Shown: positions 25,347-39,031, counted from the first letter of the stretch. The stretch is DNA of 52,364 nt from Octopus bimaculoides (GCF_001194135.2 NC_068981.1:165028246-165080609); one strand, 5' to 3'. Notes: a model not told the origin generated them from the letters alone. Program-made: numbers and translations.

Positions 25347-26765
25347 CTATATAACATTCGTGCTGCTTTCAGAAACGTTGCTGAAACGATGCGATGTTGC
25401 GAATTTGGATTTAACTCCCCAAGAGCATATATCTTTTCAGTCAACAATCAAAGTGTCTAGAATATAGCTTTGCAGTAAAAACACGGATATGTTAGGGAAC
25501 ACTATAATCGAATGAATGAACTGTTGTGTATGTATATATTACGCATCATATGATAGACCATTTTAATTAGTTGTATATACATACAAATACATACAAATTA
25601 AGCAGCTAACGGTAGATACAACTGAATAATGGGAACTCTCTTGGTTGATAGCATGGCTTCGACAATATATAAGTGCATGTTTAGCCATGTTCTAAACAAT
25701 GCATTTATAATAACAGCTGTTTTATATTGAGAGAATATATGTGGTTCTAACTACACCGAAGTTAATGAGAGACTAAATTTGAATCTCGGTTCTTCGTTTC
25801 TTAAATCTGCAAGTTTATTTTCCGATATAAGCTAGAAACGATTTCTGAGAAAGAATTAATTTTCATGCTCTATGTTGACGTAACGGAATTTTTCTCAGGA
25901 TAATCAACAGCTCTGAAATGGTTTATTTTTTATTTTAACTGCTATGTAAATATATATAAAGACTTCATGCACAATTCTAAACCAACTAAAATTGACGGAA
26001 TTCAGCTCAATCGAAAATATGATTTATGATTAAACTCGTATGTTATTTTCTAAATGAAATAACTTCTCTGCTATATTGTTTTATAGCAAAACTAAATAAA
26101 CATTTTTTTATATATAATTAATAATACACGCCGAGTTCTTATTTATCCTTCCCGTATCTCAGAAGATTGAAATGTAAATATAAGTGACCTTAGAATGATT
26201 TGAACACAGATCTTAAATAAACAATATTAAACAGCGTAGGGCAGGTTATATGATATTGATAACAATAAAAATATGCTTCTAACTTGGTTCTGAAGGAAAA
26301 TTAAGTTGTTATGCCACAAATTAAGATATATGCTTTGAGGATAACATTGAAAAAAAGAAGAAAAAATGAAACACTTGTTAACTAAATGCAGCAACATAAA
26401 CTCGCGAAAAGCTTTAAGATTTATCAGAAATGAATTGAGACAAATGATGAAAGAAAAAGTCACGGAGCAATAGATGCCATATATAATAGATTGATAACTT
26501 ATACTTCCATCATAGCAGAAATACGTTTTAGTTTTCTGTTGAAAAACAAAGCAAAACAAAATACTAAAATACTCTGCTGCATTCTAAGTGATGAGATGAT
26601 GTATCACACAAAATAATATCTACTATTTTCGTATAAAATTGGTTCAAGATGCTATTTCAATGTTTTCTTCGTTTTCTTGATTATATACACATTTATTTCT
26701 ATTTCAAATCGAAAATACTATTGATGCGCTTTTCTTTTACATTAAAGTAATTGGCATGCATTTAG

Positions 26766-26824
26766 AATGAGTGATTCGATTCGTGGTGACTTATGCGAAG
26801 CTGCTGTTCCTGAGATTGTGAAAG
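26766..26824 (+). CDS. Candidate short exon (MSDSIRGDLCEAAVPEIVK)
   Basis: tttag acceptor, AAAG/gtaatg donor, one open frame. The pyrimidine tract is modest and the peptide is not recognised. Confidence 0.3.
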
Positions 26825-26904
26825 GTAATGTGTGAGACTGTGTAAGGCAATGTATGAGATTGTGTAAGGCAATGTGTAAGATTGTGTAAGGCAATGTATG
26901 AGAT
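26812..26904. repeat. 22-bp minisatellite, about 4.2 units (gagattgtgtaaggcaatgt(g/a)t)
   Basis: Units start at 26812, 26834, 26856 and 26878, with a partial unit at 26900. Confidence 0.95.
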
Positions 26905-28086
26905 CATAGAAAAGCCAATCAAGAAAATAGAAACTGTGATAGTTTATAAGTTTGATTTTCATTTCATGGCTTTGTTGACAGAAGTTCTGGTTGTTAGGGA
27001 ATAACAAAACCAGCAACAATTAGTGGTGTATAAGCTTTCACCTTACTGTTTTGTAGAATTAAATTCTCCAGTAGCCATGTGTGCCTAACCGAACAGCGCT
27101 ACTGAATGGTATAAACAAATTTTCTCTGTAACCAATAGAATTGCAACTAAACTGCGTAGTGAGTTATGGGACTTAACAATACATATATACCTTTATTTGA
27201 TCGTTGATTTCTATATTACAAACGTTCTTCTCGTCAGTATATTATTTCCAGTAATTAAACAGTAAATGAAAAAATGAAATTTGATATAATGAAATTCGAC
27301 TGTTGTAGAGGTAAGCATATTTCCAATTATCAGATGTTTCCCGATTAGTCTATATGAAACAATTATAGTTTTCGTGAGGTTATCATTTTGATGATATCAG
27401 TGTTAGTGACAGAAACTCTAATTTTTATTCAACTACGAGCTAATCATATTTATGAACTACGTGCTAATCAATCCTAGTCAATCACATAATTTCTCAATGA
27501 AAAATAGATGTTCTTATGAGATGCTTTGAATAACAACTGCATTAAGATGAGCGAGCGAACGAGAACACTCATCACGTCCTCATCGATAGACATACAAGCA
27601 TGGCCTACCGAATTTCTCAATTTCTTTTAAACCTTACTGTGTCATTTTAAAAGAAAATAAAAGACATATTGGCGGTCCGGTTCCCGCAATACAAAATGGC
27701 TTTGTATCCTGAACGTCCACTGACAAAATAAAACCGTGCACACGGCGCTCTACATAGCTACCAACTTACTATTCTGAAGCTTTAGATAATTATTTCATTT
27801 CTAACACAGTTTAATTAGTATGGAAAATTTTAAATAGACTTAAGACTACATGAAGTTCATCTTTAGTGCAACAAGCCTTCCATCACGATCTCTTCTAATT
27901 ACCAAAGTCCTACAATGTAGTTTGGATCCGCTTCCACAATGATGGTCACCCTGAGTTTGAGAATGTATGCAGCACTGATGCTTGACCCGCGACTTCAGGC
28001 TGTCTATAGAATTAGAGCGTTTCAGCTGAACTGCCGCCATTTTTTTTCATAATGGATTACCTAAAATAAAACAGTTGGGTGTAGGA

Positions 28087-28268
28087 AAAGTGCTTTGCGT
28101 TATTTGTTCCTGCTCTTTTTATTCTCGGTTCAAATTCTGCCGAAGTTAACTTTATCTTTCATTCATTCGATAAAATAATGTCCCAGACACGTACTAGGGT
28201 CGACGGTATCGACAGGTACACCGCTTCTCAAAAATGTCGATTTTGTGCCTAAATCAGGAACCATTATT
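28087..28268 (+). mobile_element. SINE family C, decayed
   Basis: ggttcaaattctgccgaagttaacttt..ctagggtcgac..gtgcctaaatcaggaaccattatt. Confidence 0.8.
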
Positions 28269-30975
28269 GATAACTATTGATCGCAGAAGTAAGAACCAAA
28301 ATCAACAAAGTGATTTGAACTCGCAACCGCTACCGAAGTCACTAAACTCTGGCATACAATGCTCTTTTACTGTTAATTTGCTAACCGATTATTCCACAAC
28401 TCTCGTTGATTATTTTGCTTCTAACACAAACTAATCATTGTATACAAGTTTAGAAAGACCGAACATTACACGTAGCTCATCCTCACTAGATCCATGATTT
28501 AATAGCTTTCAGCACTAAATTTTCTTTTGTGAGAACTGTTAAATTTTTTTCTCCCCTTCCTTGCAAATCCTAAATAAAGTGTCAGAAAACGGACAGTAAA
28601 ATTTGAAATTCTTATTAAATTATACGTGCTGTTGTCATCTGGGCTGCCAGATTGTCATCAATTGGTGTTGTACATTTGGTCACCCCCATTGGTCATATAA
28701 TTAAATCATATAATGAGCTACAGTAAAACAGACACTACTACTACTTCCCCTCAACCAGCAAGCGGCAATGTTTAAGTCAAGCACTATCGGATAGAATTAC
28801 ATCTAATTAAGACAGCGATCCGACCCTAGCGGTAGGTGGCAAGTTAATTCTCCAGAGTGGCAGGTGAGTTTAGTTCATATACTTAATCGTTGCGACATTA
28901 ACGGGTTGGTTTTCGTATTTTACCCCGTCTCTTTCCTGTTCGTATATAAATATATGCAATGAAACCCCTTAAATTCTCGGCGTTAACTATGATATGTAAA
29001 GTTCATAGGTTGACTAGTACTCATCGCTGTTATTTTGTCGTTGAATGGAAACAACTGACCTCAAAAGGGACACGTATCGCTGNNNNNNNNNNATATATAT
29101 ATATATATATATATATATAATGTAAGTTTATATATATATCTACGTGTATGCATATAAGTCTATACATATTTGTATATACATATATATATGTATAAACACA
29201 CACACATATGCTTATACACAGACATACCTAGTTACATGTACGTATGTATGTGTGTGTGTGCGTGTGTATGCACTTACGTATTGTGTTTAACAAATCTGTC
29301 AGGTTCAAACGTGAAGCAACGATTTTTGTCAAGTTATCAACACACACGCCACAAAATATCTACATAATTGTATAATTACATTAAATGAATCCTCACCCCA
29401 CCTAAGTATCTGGTCCTATTGTTTTGACATGCCTTTATCACTCCACTACTGAGCTTCTGAATCTAGACATTTCTACCATATATTGTCTCTGTTAACAGTA
29501 GTTATGTGCCTCCAGAATCTGTTAATTCCGATTGTGATGTTGAATATATTTTCAAGCGCCGTCATCTGATCTATTTTACATACCCATTTAAACATATACT
29601 TCTTGAGTTCAAATCACATCTTTTCAGTACACATCGCAAGATCAGCACTGGTACATTGTTGTTCCATCACAGAGACTGTTAACAGGTTTTTATCGTTTGT
29701 GTATCTCTGCCATAGTCATGCATAGTGTTGCTAGAGAATATGTATTCCCATTTGTTCAGTCATCTTAGTTCTGCCAAATTGATTCAGGCATTTCTAATTT
29801 GCCTAGGTTCTCTCGACATCATGCGCTTGCTAGTAACCTTACACCCTTTACATCGTTGTTAATGGCAATAAGCTGTTGTGTGCATGTTTAACAAACAGTT
29901 ACTGTAATACCCTCTATATTTTCAAGTTCAATTTCAGGATAGTCCTATCCTCAATTTCAAGCTTTTCATAAAATTAATCACTGCATACGGAAATGAGAAA
30001 GATTGCCATCAAGGACAGAAATCAACTCGAGCACTCGAAACTTCAGAAACTTGAATTTTTGTTCAACTTAAAAAATAATATTGCACAACGTAGAGAAAAT
30101 TGTGATGCTCAAGGATTTCTATAGAGCAATAATAATGTGAAAGGAGGCAAATGAAATTCGAAAATGCCCTTATATGCATGGCTAATGAGGCCCTTGTATT
30201 ATCCTGTGGTACGCTACATATTTCTCACAGAGATAGTACTACTTTATAGAAATCAGAAATTATTGTACGCTAAACAGTTGTTGAGCCTCGCCAAAACAAA
30301 AATCAAAACTCCAAACTAGAATACTGCTCCCACATCTGCAATGGAACTGTTTCTACATACACGAGTATTATTGACCACTTCTAAAAGAAGACATTTTATT
30401 TATTGACAAACCTTTCACCAGCACACCGATATGTTAGTTTACATATTCTCTCTCAACTGCAACGGCCACTCGAGATCGTATGAAGTATTAACCTGTGTAA
30501 CATACCTTATAAAGTGAACGTGTTGAACATACTTTTTCTATTTTTGTCTTTATTCCATGTAACACCGTTTGCAGGCAATCTGTATTCCTCGAGAATACAG
30601 AGTGCAACCTACTGGGATAAACCCACGCTTTACCTGCAACATTGGGCTACAGATGTTGAATATAAACCTCAACTGCGAGTACTTCAACAGTGAAAGACGA
30701 ACTATAATAGTTATAAGCTTTGAACCGCTTCCTTGGACTGAACGCTAAGTAACACTATAACCGTCACAATTGAGCGTACACATAATTTTGAAATTAAAAA
30801 AAGAAGGAATAAAACCATGAAACACCTATATATAAAAGAACTAATTGTGTATGAACCAAAAGGTTTAGATTTTCATATAAAACATTTCAAAATTTTAGTT
30901 TTCCTGTTGTCTGTGTGACTTGAGACAATGAATGAAATATGACGAATTTGTCGTAGTTAATAATAATTCATGATG

Positions 30976-31200
30976 TACGAAGAAGTGCTGAAAAGTTCCT
31001 GGATTTGGGTAAGAGAAAATACAGGAAGATCAGTTAATTAGAATTTTATTCAACATATTCCACCCCCTCTCAGATTCATACACTTATTGTAGCAGCCCTT
31101 CAGTTTGACTAAGCTCTGCAAAAGAACTCGAAATGTTGGGCCTCCAACCAGGCTTTTCGCGACACCGTTAAAGCCAGGAACTTTTCAGCACCCCTTCGTA
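30976..31200. mobile_element. Mariner-derived MITE, copy 1
   Basis: TIRs TAcgaagaagtgctgaaaagttcctgg and ccaggaacttttcagcaccccttcgTA, TA-flanked. Confidence 0.92.
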
Positions 31201-31639
31201 GGGTATCTACTTGCATAACTTGCTGTTCTGAGCTTAAACTTAACCAACTCAACTGATTTTCATAATTCTTATCAAAAGATATTACATTAAACACAATTAT
31301 TTCTGAATTTAATAAGATAAAATCAATGAAAGTTGCTTTCCTCTCAAATCCAGGTCAGAAGTAGCATTGCAGGAAATTTGGGGTGTTTCTGCGTTACACG
31401 AAATAAGAGAGGAATGAGGGTCTTTCCGTGGTTGCTCGCATTTAAAGAGTTAGTAACCAAATCTCTCCTAAGTCATATCCAGCCATTTTTCGAAAAAGAA
31501 AGGCAGATGTGATCCAGGGAATTGCAGGCCAAGATACATTATAACGTTCAACAGAAACAGGATGATTATGGGGCACCTTGACACAAAGAACAATATTTCA
31601 AGTGGGTGCGTCCATCTGTTTCTTTATATTTCAGGGAAT

Positions 31640-31900
31640 GTCAAGATGATTTTATGGTGCATTATATCCTTCTTTCTTTATGGAATTTTGGGAAGCAGCT
31701 GTGATAAACAGGTCTCTTTGCGTATTTTAAAACTAGCGAAACTCATCCATTTCCAGATATGAATACAGGATTTATCCAGAGAAAGGATGAAATCAACAAC
31801 GAAACTGGACCCTCATTTATCGAACCCAAATGGTGAAAGTTTATCTCGGCGTGATTTGGACTCAGAGTACAGATAGCCAGGAAGAATACCGTAAGGAATT
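31640..31900 (+). mobile_element. Possible Penelope-like RT remnant
   Basis: Across frames FFMEFWEAAV, IQRKDEI and KLDPH..NGESL..DL occur in the order of the PLE RT segments FME.FE, YVDD region and FT.E..N..L.FLD. Confidence 0.35.
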
Positions 31901-32795
31901 CTACTCGATTCTCTAAGGATTCTGTCAAGATGCCACTTATTCCTTATGCACTCGAAAATAAATCGATAAAGAGAAATATTATATTTCTTTAGTTCCAAAG
32001 AAAATATCTTCTCTATTATGGGTCATTATATATGGATAAGTTTAATGTTTCACTAATGGCTCCACAGAAACACACACACACACACACACCTCAAAATATT
32101 TTTATGGTATTACTTTCAATGGTCCAGTGGTTCTTGGAAATAGGATGGTGATCTGGGTATATTTCTTGCAATTAATTGGTTGCTAACTGTGAGAAAATCA
32201 CTTTTCTTTTAAGAAAATTAATAATGGCCTCAGCTATAAGTACACGCTAGTGAAGAAATAAGAGTCTCCTTTATTCTAGTCACTGCCTCCAGTTTTTAAT
32301 ATCTTTTACCCTTATATTTAGTCTATAACTCATGTAATCTACTGCTATGTGCCTCTATGTCAACATTCATCAAGTCAACCTACAGCAAAAGACATTCCGA
32401 CCACGACAGTCCCAACTTTTTAGGAGTAATCCTAACCATATTGTCCATTGTGTTTTTGATATTCTCAAATGATATGGCACAGTTTTAGAAAGATTTGATA
32501 AATATTTATCGCAGGTTGAGCTCCTGAGAAATCTGTTTATTGTTATTCTTTGTTTATTGTTATTGCTATTCTTATTCTGATAAAATAAGATCGTCGAACG
32601 GTTTCGTAGAAATTCTTCCCTTGTTTTTCATGTTGCTAGAGTGATTAAAATGCTGGTATTTAGCGCTATTTAATTCCGTACTAGCATTCCGACACGAAGT
32701 GATATATAATCTTCGTTAAGACCTTACAGCATTCATTATGTAAGACATTTCGTATTTCATTGAAAGTTTCATCATATATATATACATATACATAC

Positions 32796-32854
<59 letters not shown>

Positions 32855-33069
32855 ATGAGTTTTGTGGTAAGAGAAATCATACGCGATTTTAGTTGGCCGC
32901 AGCACAATTTGAAACTTTCAATAATTTGATCAATTATGCAGTCTAGACAACATTACTTTTCTGGGGTTTTTGTTTTTACAATTTTCTAGTATTAATATCC
33001 AGTTAGGACTCTAGTTGATTTGATCTTATTTTTGTCGACCAATTAGAGTTAACGATTACATTTGTCATA

Positions 33070-34350
33070 TCTCATAAGTTGAAAAAGCAAGTCGAAATAT
33101 TTTCAAGCGCTCGAGAAGACGAATAGTTCAAAAGAACCGGTGCTCATATCAAAATGAGAGACTTATCTCTACGGTAAAAGACGCCACATATCCAGTACAG
33201 GCAGCAACAAGTTAAAACAAACACATCAAGTGAACTTTGTTAAGCCATCTGGCTCAGAAACACAGCGAAACTGAAGTCGCCATAATAAAAGATTTCCTAA
33301 TACTGGAGCTTCAAGTTTATCAGGAGTCCTTGGGTTTCACAGGAATGTAATCTCAAGATTGGTTCCAAGAGAGTAATGCCCGAATCGAGTAACTGGTCGA
33401 CAGAAAGGATGGTTTCTCGTGCTTACTGAAGCGACAAGAATAACTTGAGCAAAAAGTGAAGTTTACCAGTAAGCAAAAGTTGTGGTACAGAAACAAACCT
33501 GTGCAATGAAAAAGTAATTAGAATAATAATTAGAAGCAAACCAAAGTATATGAAATTTATAAACTAGCTAATATGTAGAGCATAAGGGATTTTGCTCAAT
33601 GCGACTAAAGTAATATATAGATCAAGTATAACAGGCCTGAGACCAGGGAGTATCGAAGAACTAAACGTATATTGTATAAGGCAGATGATGTATCCTTGCT
33701 TCACTGAAAGGTTTGAAACCAGGACATGTTACAGGTTATATCTTCATAATCAAGAAATATATCACTAGAGATTGCTATTAAAAAAAAAATGCACATTTCT
33801 TAGCATAGCAGACGGAAGAGAGAAGGCCGGCGTGTTCAAGCGATTCAATATATCCTGCATTGAACCCATGATTACAACACACTAGCTTCGTTAGATTAAT
33901 CATGACCTGAGGAACCAACTTTTGTCAAAACAATTGCTTTTATTGCGAATTGAATGAAGGGAAGTGGATATGAGAAGAACAAAGAAAGCGATTGAAAGCA
34001 ATTTTTATAGGAAATTTGAGAAAGTATGGCATGAAATATCTACGAGTGGGAATTATTGGTGAATAACTAAAGAGGTGAAGATAATCTTTAACAGAGTTCA
34101 TCGCTTTTGCACAACATGAACTGAATAGTCCAATGATGAACTATGAGTGTGGAAAGCAGAGAGAAGCGAACAAGATAGAGTTTCTTCTCTCGCAGGAAAG
34201 GCAAACTCTACGACCTAATTTGTGAATTCCAAATTTGACCTACATAATCGCAGTTGTGTTTGACCCTGACGTTGCAACGATAATAAAATACGAACCAACA
34301 AATGAGTCTCTGTATGGTCATTGACCAGCAAAATGTAGCAGCCAAATCGC
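33070..34350 (+). mobile_element. Heavily decayed RTE LINE remnant
   Basis: SQDWFQESNARIE*LVDRK (33347) matches the RTE HQDWFDEN motif. Later RVSSLAGK resembles RGISLLSIAGK. Confidence 0.55.
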
Positions 34351-35686
34351 TGTCGAACTACAAACCGAGTTTTTACAATCCGATAATTGGATCCATCCGC
34401 CAAATATACATGTGGTTATGAGTGGACAGCCTTTAGATATAAGTCTGTTTGATTCGGGTTGACCTAAGATTAAGCATCACAAGTAACAATACTAAACAAT
34501 GTAATGATAGGGCCCGAGATGTGTGTGTTTTTTTATCTTTTTTGTCCAGCTCGAATTAGCAGTCACGATCATTCTCAAGTCTTTCCCAAACATTAATAAA
34601 TACTGTCTGAAAAATGTTTTTCTCATGGATGGAAAGCTTTAATCACAGGTTGACTAATCATAGCTGACACGGGAACTAAGCATACCTATCTACAGACAGA
34701 CAGACAGACATAGGTGTGTGTGTGTGAAATCGTATAAGATTAGCTAGTGTGTCTATATACTACTGCATTTAAGAAAAAGAGTGTTCAATATGTCAATAAA
34801 TATGTAGAGTAAAGCTTTTTACGGAAATCGAAAGGAACAAATGCTGATAACGACAAGGACTTTCATCTGGCGTTGAGATTTAGTACAAGGATTCGCATCC
34901 CAGGATGAAATCCCGATCGATTCTGCTTAATTATGGCATAACCTCGGTAATTGAAAATATAATGTAATTAACTGAAGTGTGCAACTAACCGAATTGTTAC
35001 TGGAGGTAATCAATCACAAGATTTAAATATATTATCTGTAGCAAGTCATAGTGGTTACATGTATGGATTATGCACTAACATCTATACAGAAAACTTGAAA
35101 GGGTTTGAAAGGGACATTCGACTTTATCCCAAGGTTAGTAATGTCAAATTCATTACTGTATAAATCAACTATTGTGTATATATAATGTACTCATATTTCA
35201 CCTAGTAAAAGCAATTTTTAAATGCACCTTGATATTCTTAAATTACCCAAACTAAAAACTGTTCGTTTGCGCGTTCGCTTTGGCAACGACTGCTGACTTA
35301 CTTAATTCATTACTCAATAGGACAACTCTGTATACGTAATTTACGCATGTTCAACTTAGTCGTTTTTCTTTTTTACTTTTTGAGATATATTCACAGGGCA
35401 TATCGCTTTGACTTGTTCCTTCTAATAGCCCAGATCCGTACATCCCGATAATGACTTCCACATATTTTCACTTAAACAAATATGATGATATAAAATATAA
35501 TCACGATCATGTGGGTTAAAAATCAAATTTAAATGAGTTCTCGACGGGTTAACGTTGTAGATAATGAAAGCAACAAAACTGCATTTTCCAACTACTTGAT
35601 TAAAAATGATTCATTTCTGAATATCGACAGCGAAATATTATTTATTGACAGATGACATCCTTTCATTATTTATTGCAGTATTTAAG

Positions 35687-35870
35687 CTGCCGTCATGCTG
35701 GGGTATCGCCATGAAGAGTTTAGTCCATCAAATCTCCCTGAGTACTTACTATGTTACTTTCAAGTCTAATACTTATTTTATCTGATGTTTTGCCAAACCG
35801 ATAAGGTAGAAAACATAAACAAACACGCACGCACGAACACAGACATGCAATCACACACACACACATATGC
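35687..35870 (-). mobile_element. SINE family A, decayed 3' part
   Basis: ctgccgtcatgctggggtatcgcc..ttttgccaaaccgataagg. Confidence 0.65.
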
Positions 35871-35896
35871 ACTTTATTCCTGGGTGGACAAATGCC

Positions 35897-35936
<40 letters not shown>

Positions 35937-36243
35937 GGAAGATACTTGCCTAAAGTGCTACAGAAATAACGTATTTGGGTTGCGAACACTCGTTTGGCAT
36001 CGTTTGTTAATAAAACTGAGGGATTGACTATTAACATTGTAACATATGAAAATATAAGCTTTCAGATGTCATAACATCACACAGAATATCTTCAATTTTA
36101 TTGCACAGTTAATTGTTACGCAGGAAATTAATCTAATTACTAAATTCGATGTTCAGTTGAAGAGAATATGCAGTATGAGCGGGGGTGCATACAGACGCGC
36201 ATAAATATGTACATATGTATATATAGGCGTAGGTGTTTATATG

Positions 36244-36449
36244 TTCGAGGGGGTGCTTTGAGTAAAAGAAAATACCGGAGAGTCAGTTAATTTGGATTTT
36301 ATTCAACATATCTCCCTCTCAGATTCATACACTTATTGCAGCAGACCTTCAGTTTTTGAAAGCCCTGTAAAAGAACTCGGAAGTTTGAACTTCCAGCCAA
36401 GCCCTTCGCGATACTCTTAAAGCCAAGAAATTTTCAGTACTCCCTCGTT
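36244..36449. mobile_element. Mariner-derived MITE, copy 2
   Basis: Same interior as 30976-31200 with eroded TIRs. The minus strand encodes KLKVCCNKCMNLRGRYVE*, a mariner-like C-terminus. Confidence 0.85.
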
Positions 36450-36644
36450 CATATACATAAACTATATATATATATAAACTTTAGGTCACCTCAAATAAGC
36501 TTGTGACATATTTTAACTGCTAAAGGTAATTTCATTGCAGTTTACCAAAATGCGACAAGGAGTCCGTGATGGCGTACCACTAACTTGATAATGGCGTATT
36601 TACGCCTTTTGCAGTAAGCGAGTATTTTTTTCCTACAGCAAACT

Positions 36645-36714
<70 letters not shown>

Positions 36715-37068
36715 CGGATTTAGTTCATAGAGGATCTAAACGATTAGGTACGCTAGGTAAGTGCTGTAACGGATTACTTGGGCTCCAAGGTTTTAGCTGA
36801 GACGGTAGTTATGGAGTTATTGCAGATTTCCGATGCAGCGGATATATAATCGCTAAACAGGACATCAAACATTAAGGCAAGATAGGCATCTCAAGTCGTA
36901 CACAATATTATTATTGGAAAAATTCAGTCTTACGGTTGTTTCTGGGATATCCCCGAGTATGGGATATTCCGTCATCAGAGACAAATGAGTAAAAATATAA
37001 GTTAAATGAGAATGGTATATATTAATGCGATGACGACATAGAGGAAGAGAGTAAAAGAATAAGGAGAT

Positions 37069-37298
37069 GGCGGCGAGCTGGCAGAAACGTTAGCACGCCG
37101 GGCGAAATGCATAGCGGTATTTCGTCTGCCGTTACGTTCTGAGTTCAAATTCCGCCGAGGTCGACTTTGCCTTTCATCCTTTCGGGCTCGATAAATTAAG
37201 TACCAGTTACGCACTGGGGTCGATATAATCGACTTAATCCCTTTGTCTGTCTTTGTTTGTCCCCTCTACGTTAAGCCCCTTGTGGTCAATAAAGAAAT
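37069..37298 (+). mobile_element. SINE family C, intact-looking, with target-site duplication
   Basis: aagaataaggagat occurs at 37055-37068 and again at 37299-37312. Confidence 0.95.
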
Positions 37299-37566
37299 AA
37301 GAATAAGGAGATGGCAAGAAAGAAGAAAAGAGAAGCACAAAATTCATACTTCAAATTTCCGAAGTTATAGAAAGAAGAGCATGAGTCCTTAGGTGCAATC
37401 CTGCGTAGATCTATGCGCGCAATCCTGCTTAGATCCATTTGGGCTGCGAACATATCAACGTTCAACAACGTTCCACAACAGACTTTAAACTACCGGTTAT
37501 GCACACACACGCACACACACGCACATACACACATGCACACACATTACAGATATATATGTATGTATA

Positions 37567-37683
37567 TCGAGCAATGTGAAATAAAGCGTCTTGCTCAAAG
37601 ACGCAACGCGTCACCGGGAACTGAACTCATGACCTTACGATCGTGAGCTAAATACACTAATCAATGATCCATGAGCCTTCACA
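37567..37683 (-). mobile_element. tRNA-like SINE head related to family B
   Basis: gtcttgctcaaagacgcaacgcgtcaccgggaactgaactcatgaccttacgatcgtgag parallels 15490-15568. Confidence 0.6.
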
Positions 37684-37760
37684 TGAACATATGTGTGGGG
37701 GGAGGGGCGTGTATGTGTCTGTGTTTGTGTGTGAGTGATGTATATGTACGTATGTATATA

Positions 37761-37801
<41 letters not shown>

Positions 37802-38410
37802 NNNNNNNNNNNNNNNNNNNNNNNNNNNNNNNNNNNNNNNNNNNNNNNNNNNNNNNNNNNNNNNNNNNNNNNNNNNNNNNNNNNNNNNNNNNNNNNNNNN
37901 NNNNNNNNNNNNNNNNNNNNNNNNNNNNNNNNNNNNNNNNNNNNNNNNNNNNNNNNNNNNNNNNNNNNNNNNNNNNNNNNNNNNNNNNNNNNNNNNNNNN
38001 NNNNNNNNNNNNNNNNNNNNNNNNNNNNNNNNNNNNNNNNNNNNNNNNNNNNNNNNNNNNNNNNNNNNNNNNNNNNNNNNNNNNNNNNNNNNNNNNNNNN
38101 NNNNNNNNNNNNNNNNNNNNNNNNNNNNNNNNNNNNNNNNNNNNNNNNNNNNNNNNNNNNNNNNNNNNNNNNNNNNNNNNNNNNNNNNNNNNNNNNNNNN
38201 NNNNNNNNNNNNNNNNNNNNNNNNNNNNNNNNNNNNNNNNNNNNNNNNNNNNNNNNNNNNNNNNNNNNNNNNNNNNNNNNNNNNNNNNNNNNNNNNNNNN
38301 NNNNNNNNNNNNNNNNNNNNNNNNNNNNNNNNNNNNNNNNNNNNNNNNNNNNNNNNNNNNNNNNNNNNNNNNNNNNNNNNNNNNNNNNNNNNNNNNNNNN
38401 NNNNNNNNNN

Positions 38411-38474
<64 letters not shown>

Positions 38475-38569
38475 GTATGTATGTATATAAGCCACATCAG
38501 ACGTCATGAAGGGGCTAAGGTGTAGGTACAGGAGGTGGTCAAACTCTGTGTAAGGAGTAGACAACCACC

Positions 38570-38616
<47 letters not shown>

Positions 38617-39000
38617 TGTATGCATATATATATGTATATATATACACACACGCACATACACATACGTTCAACTGTGTTACATGCGTGTGTGTGTGAGTGA
38701 GTGAGTGTTTGTATTTGTGTGCGGACGCGCGTATGCGTTTCACTTCTGTCTGCCCCACACTCCCAGTATCACTTCATTCTTTTGCTTTCCCCAATCTTAC
38801 TTTCCTCACACAAACATCAACGTGACTAAGGGTGTCGAGACACCTGCATTGCCATACATAAGAGCTAAACTGCTTCAGAGGTGTTATAAAGCACATAACA
38901 CATACATATCTATATGCATATATACGTACATACACGCATACACGTATACATATAAGCATATATACATTCATACGTTCACACACACACAAGCACACATACA

Positions 39001-39031
<31 letters not shown>

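Noticed and set aside
31562-31762. Signal-peptide-like ORF MILWCIISFFLYGILGSSC
   Set aside because: It stops after a short distance, has no good donor, and overlapping frames fit a decayed Penelope-like RT better.
31757-31790. YEYRIYP resembling the TnpB/IS605 N-terminal motif
   Set aside because: A seven-residue resemblance followed by a stop, with no RuvC or zinc-finger motifs downstream.
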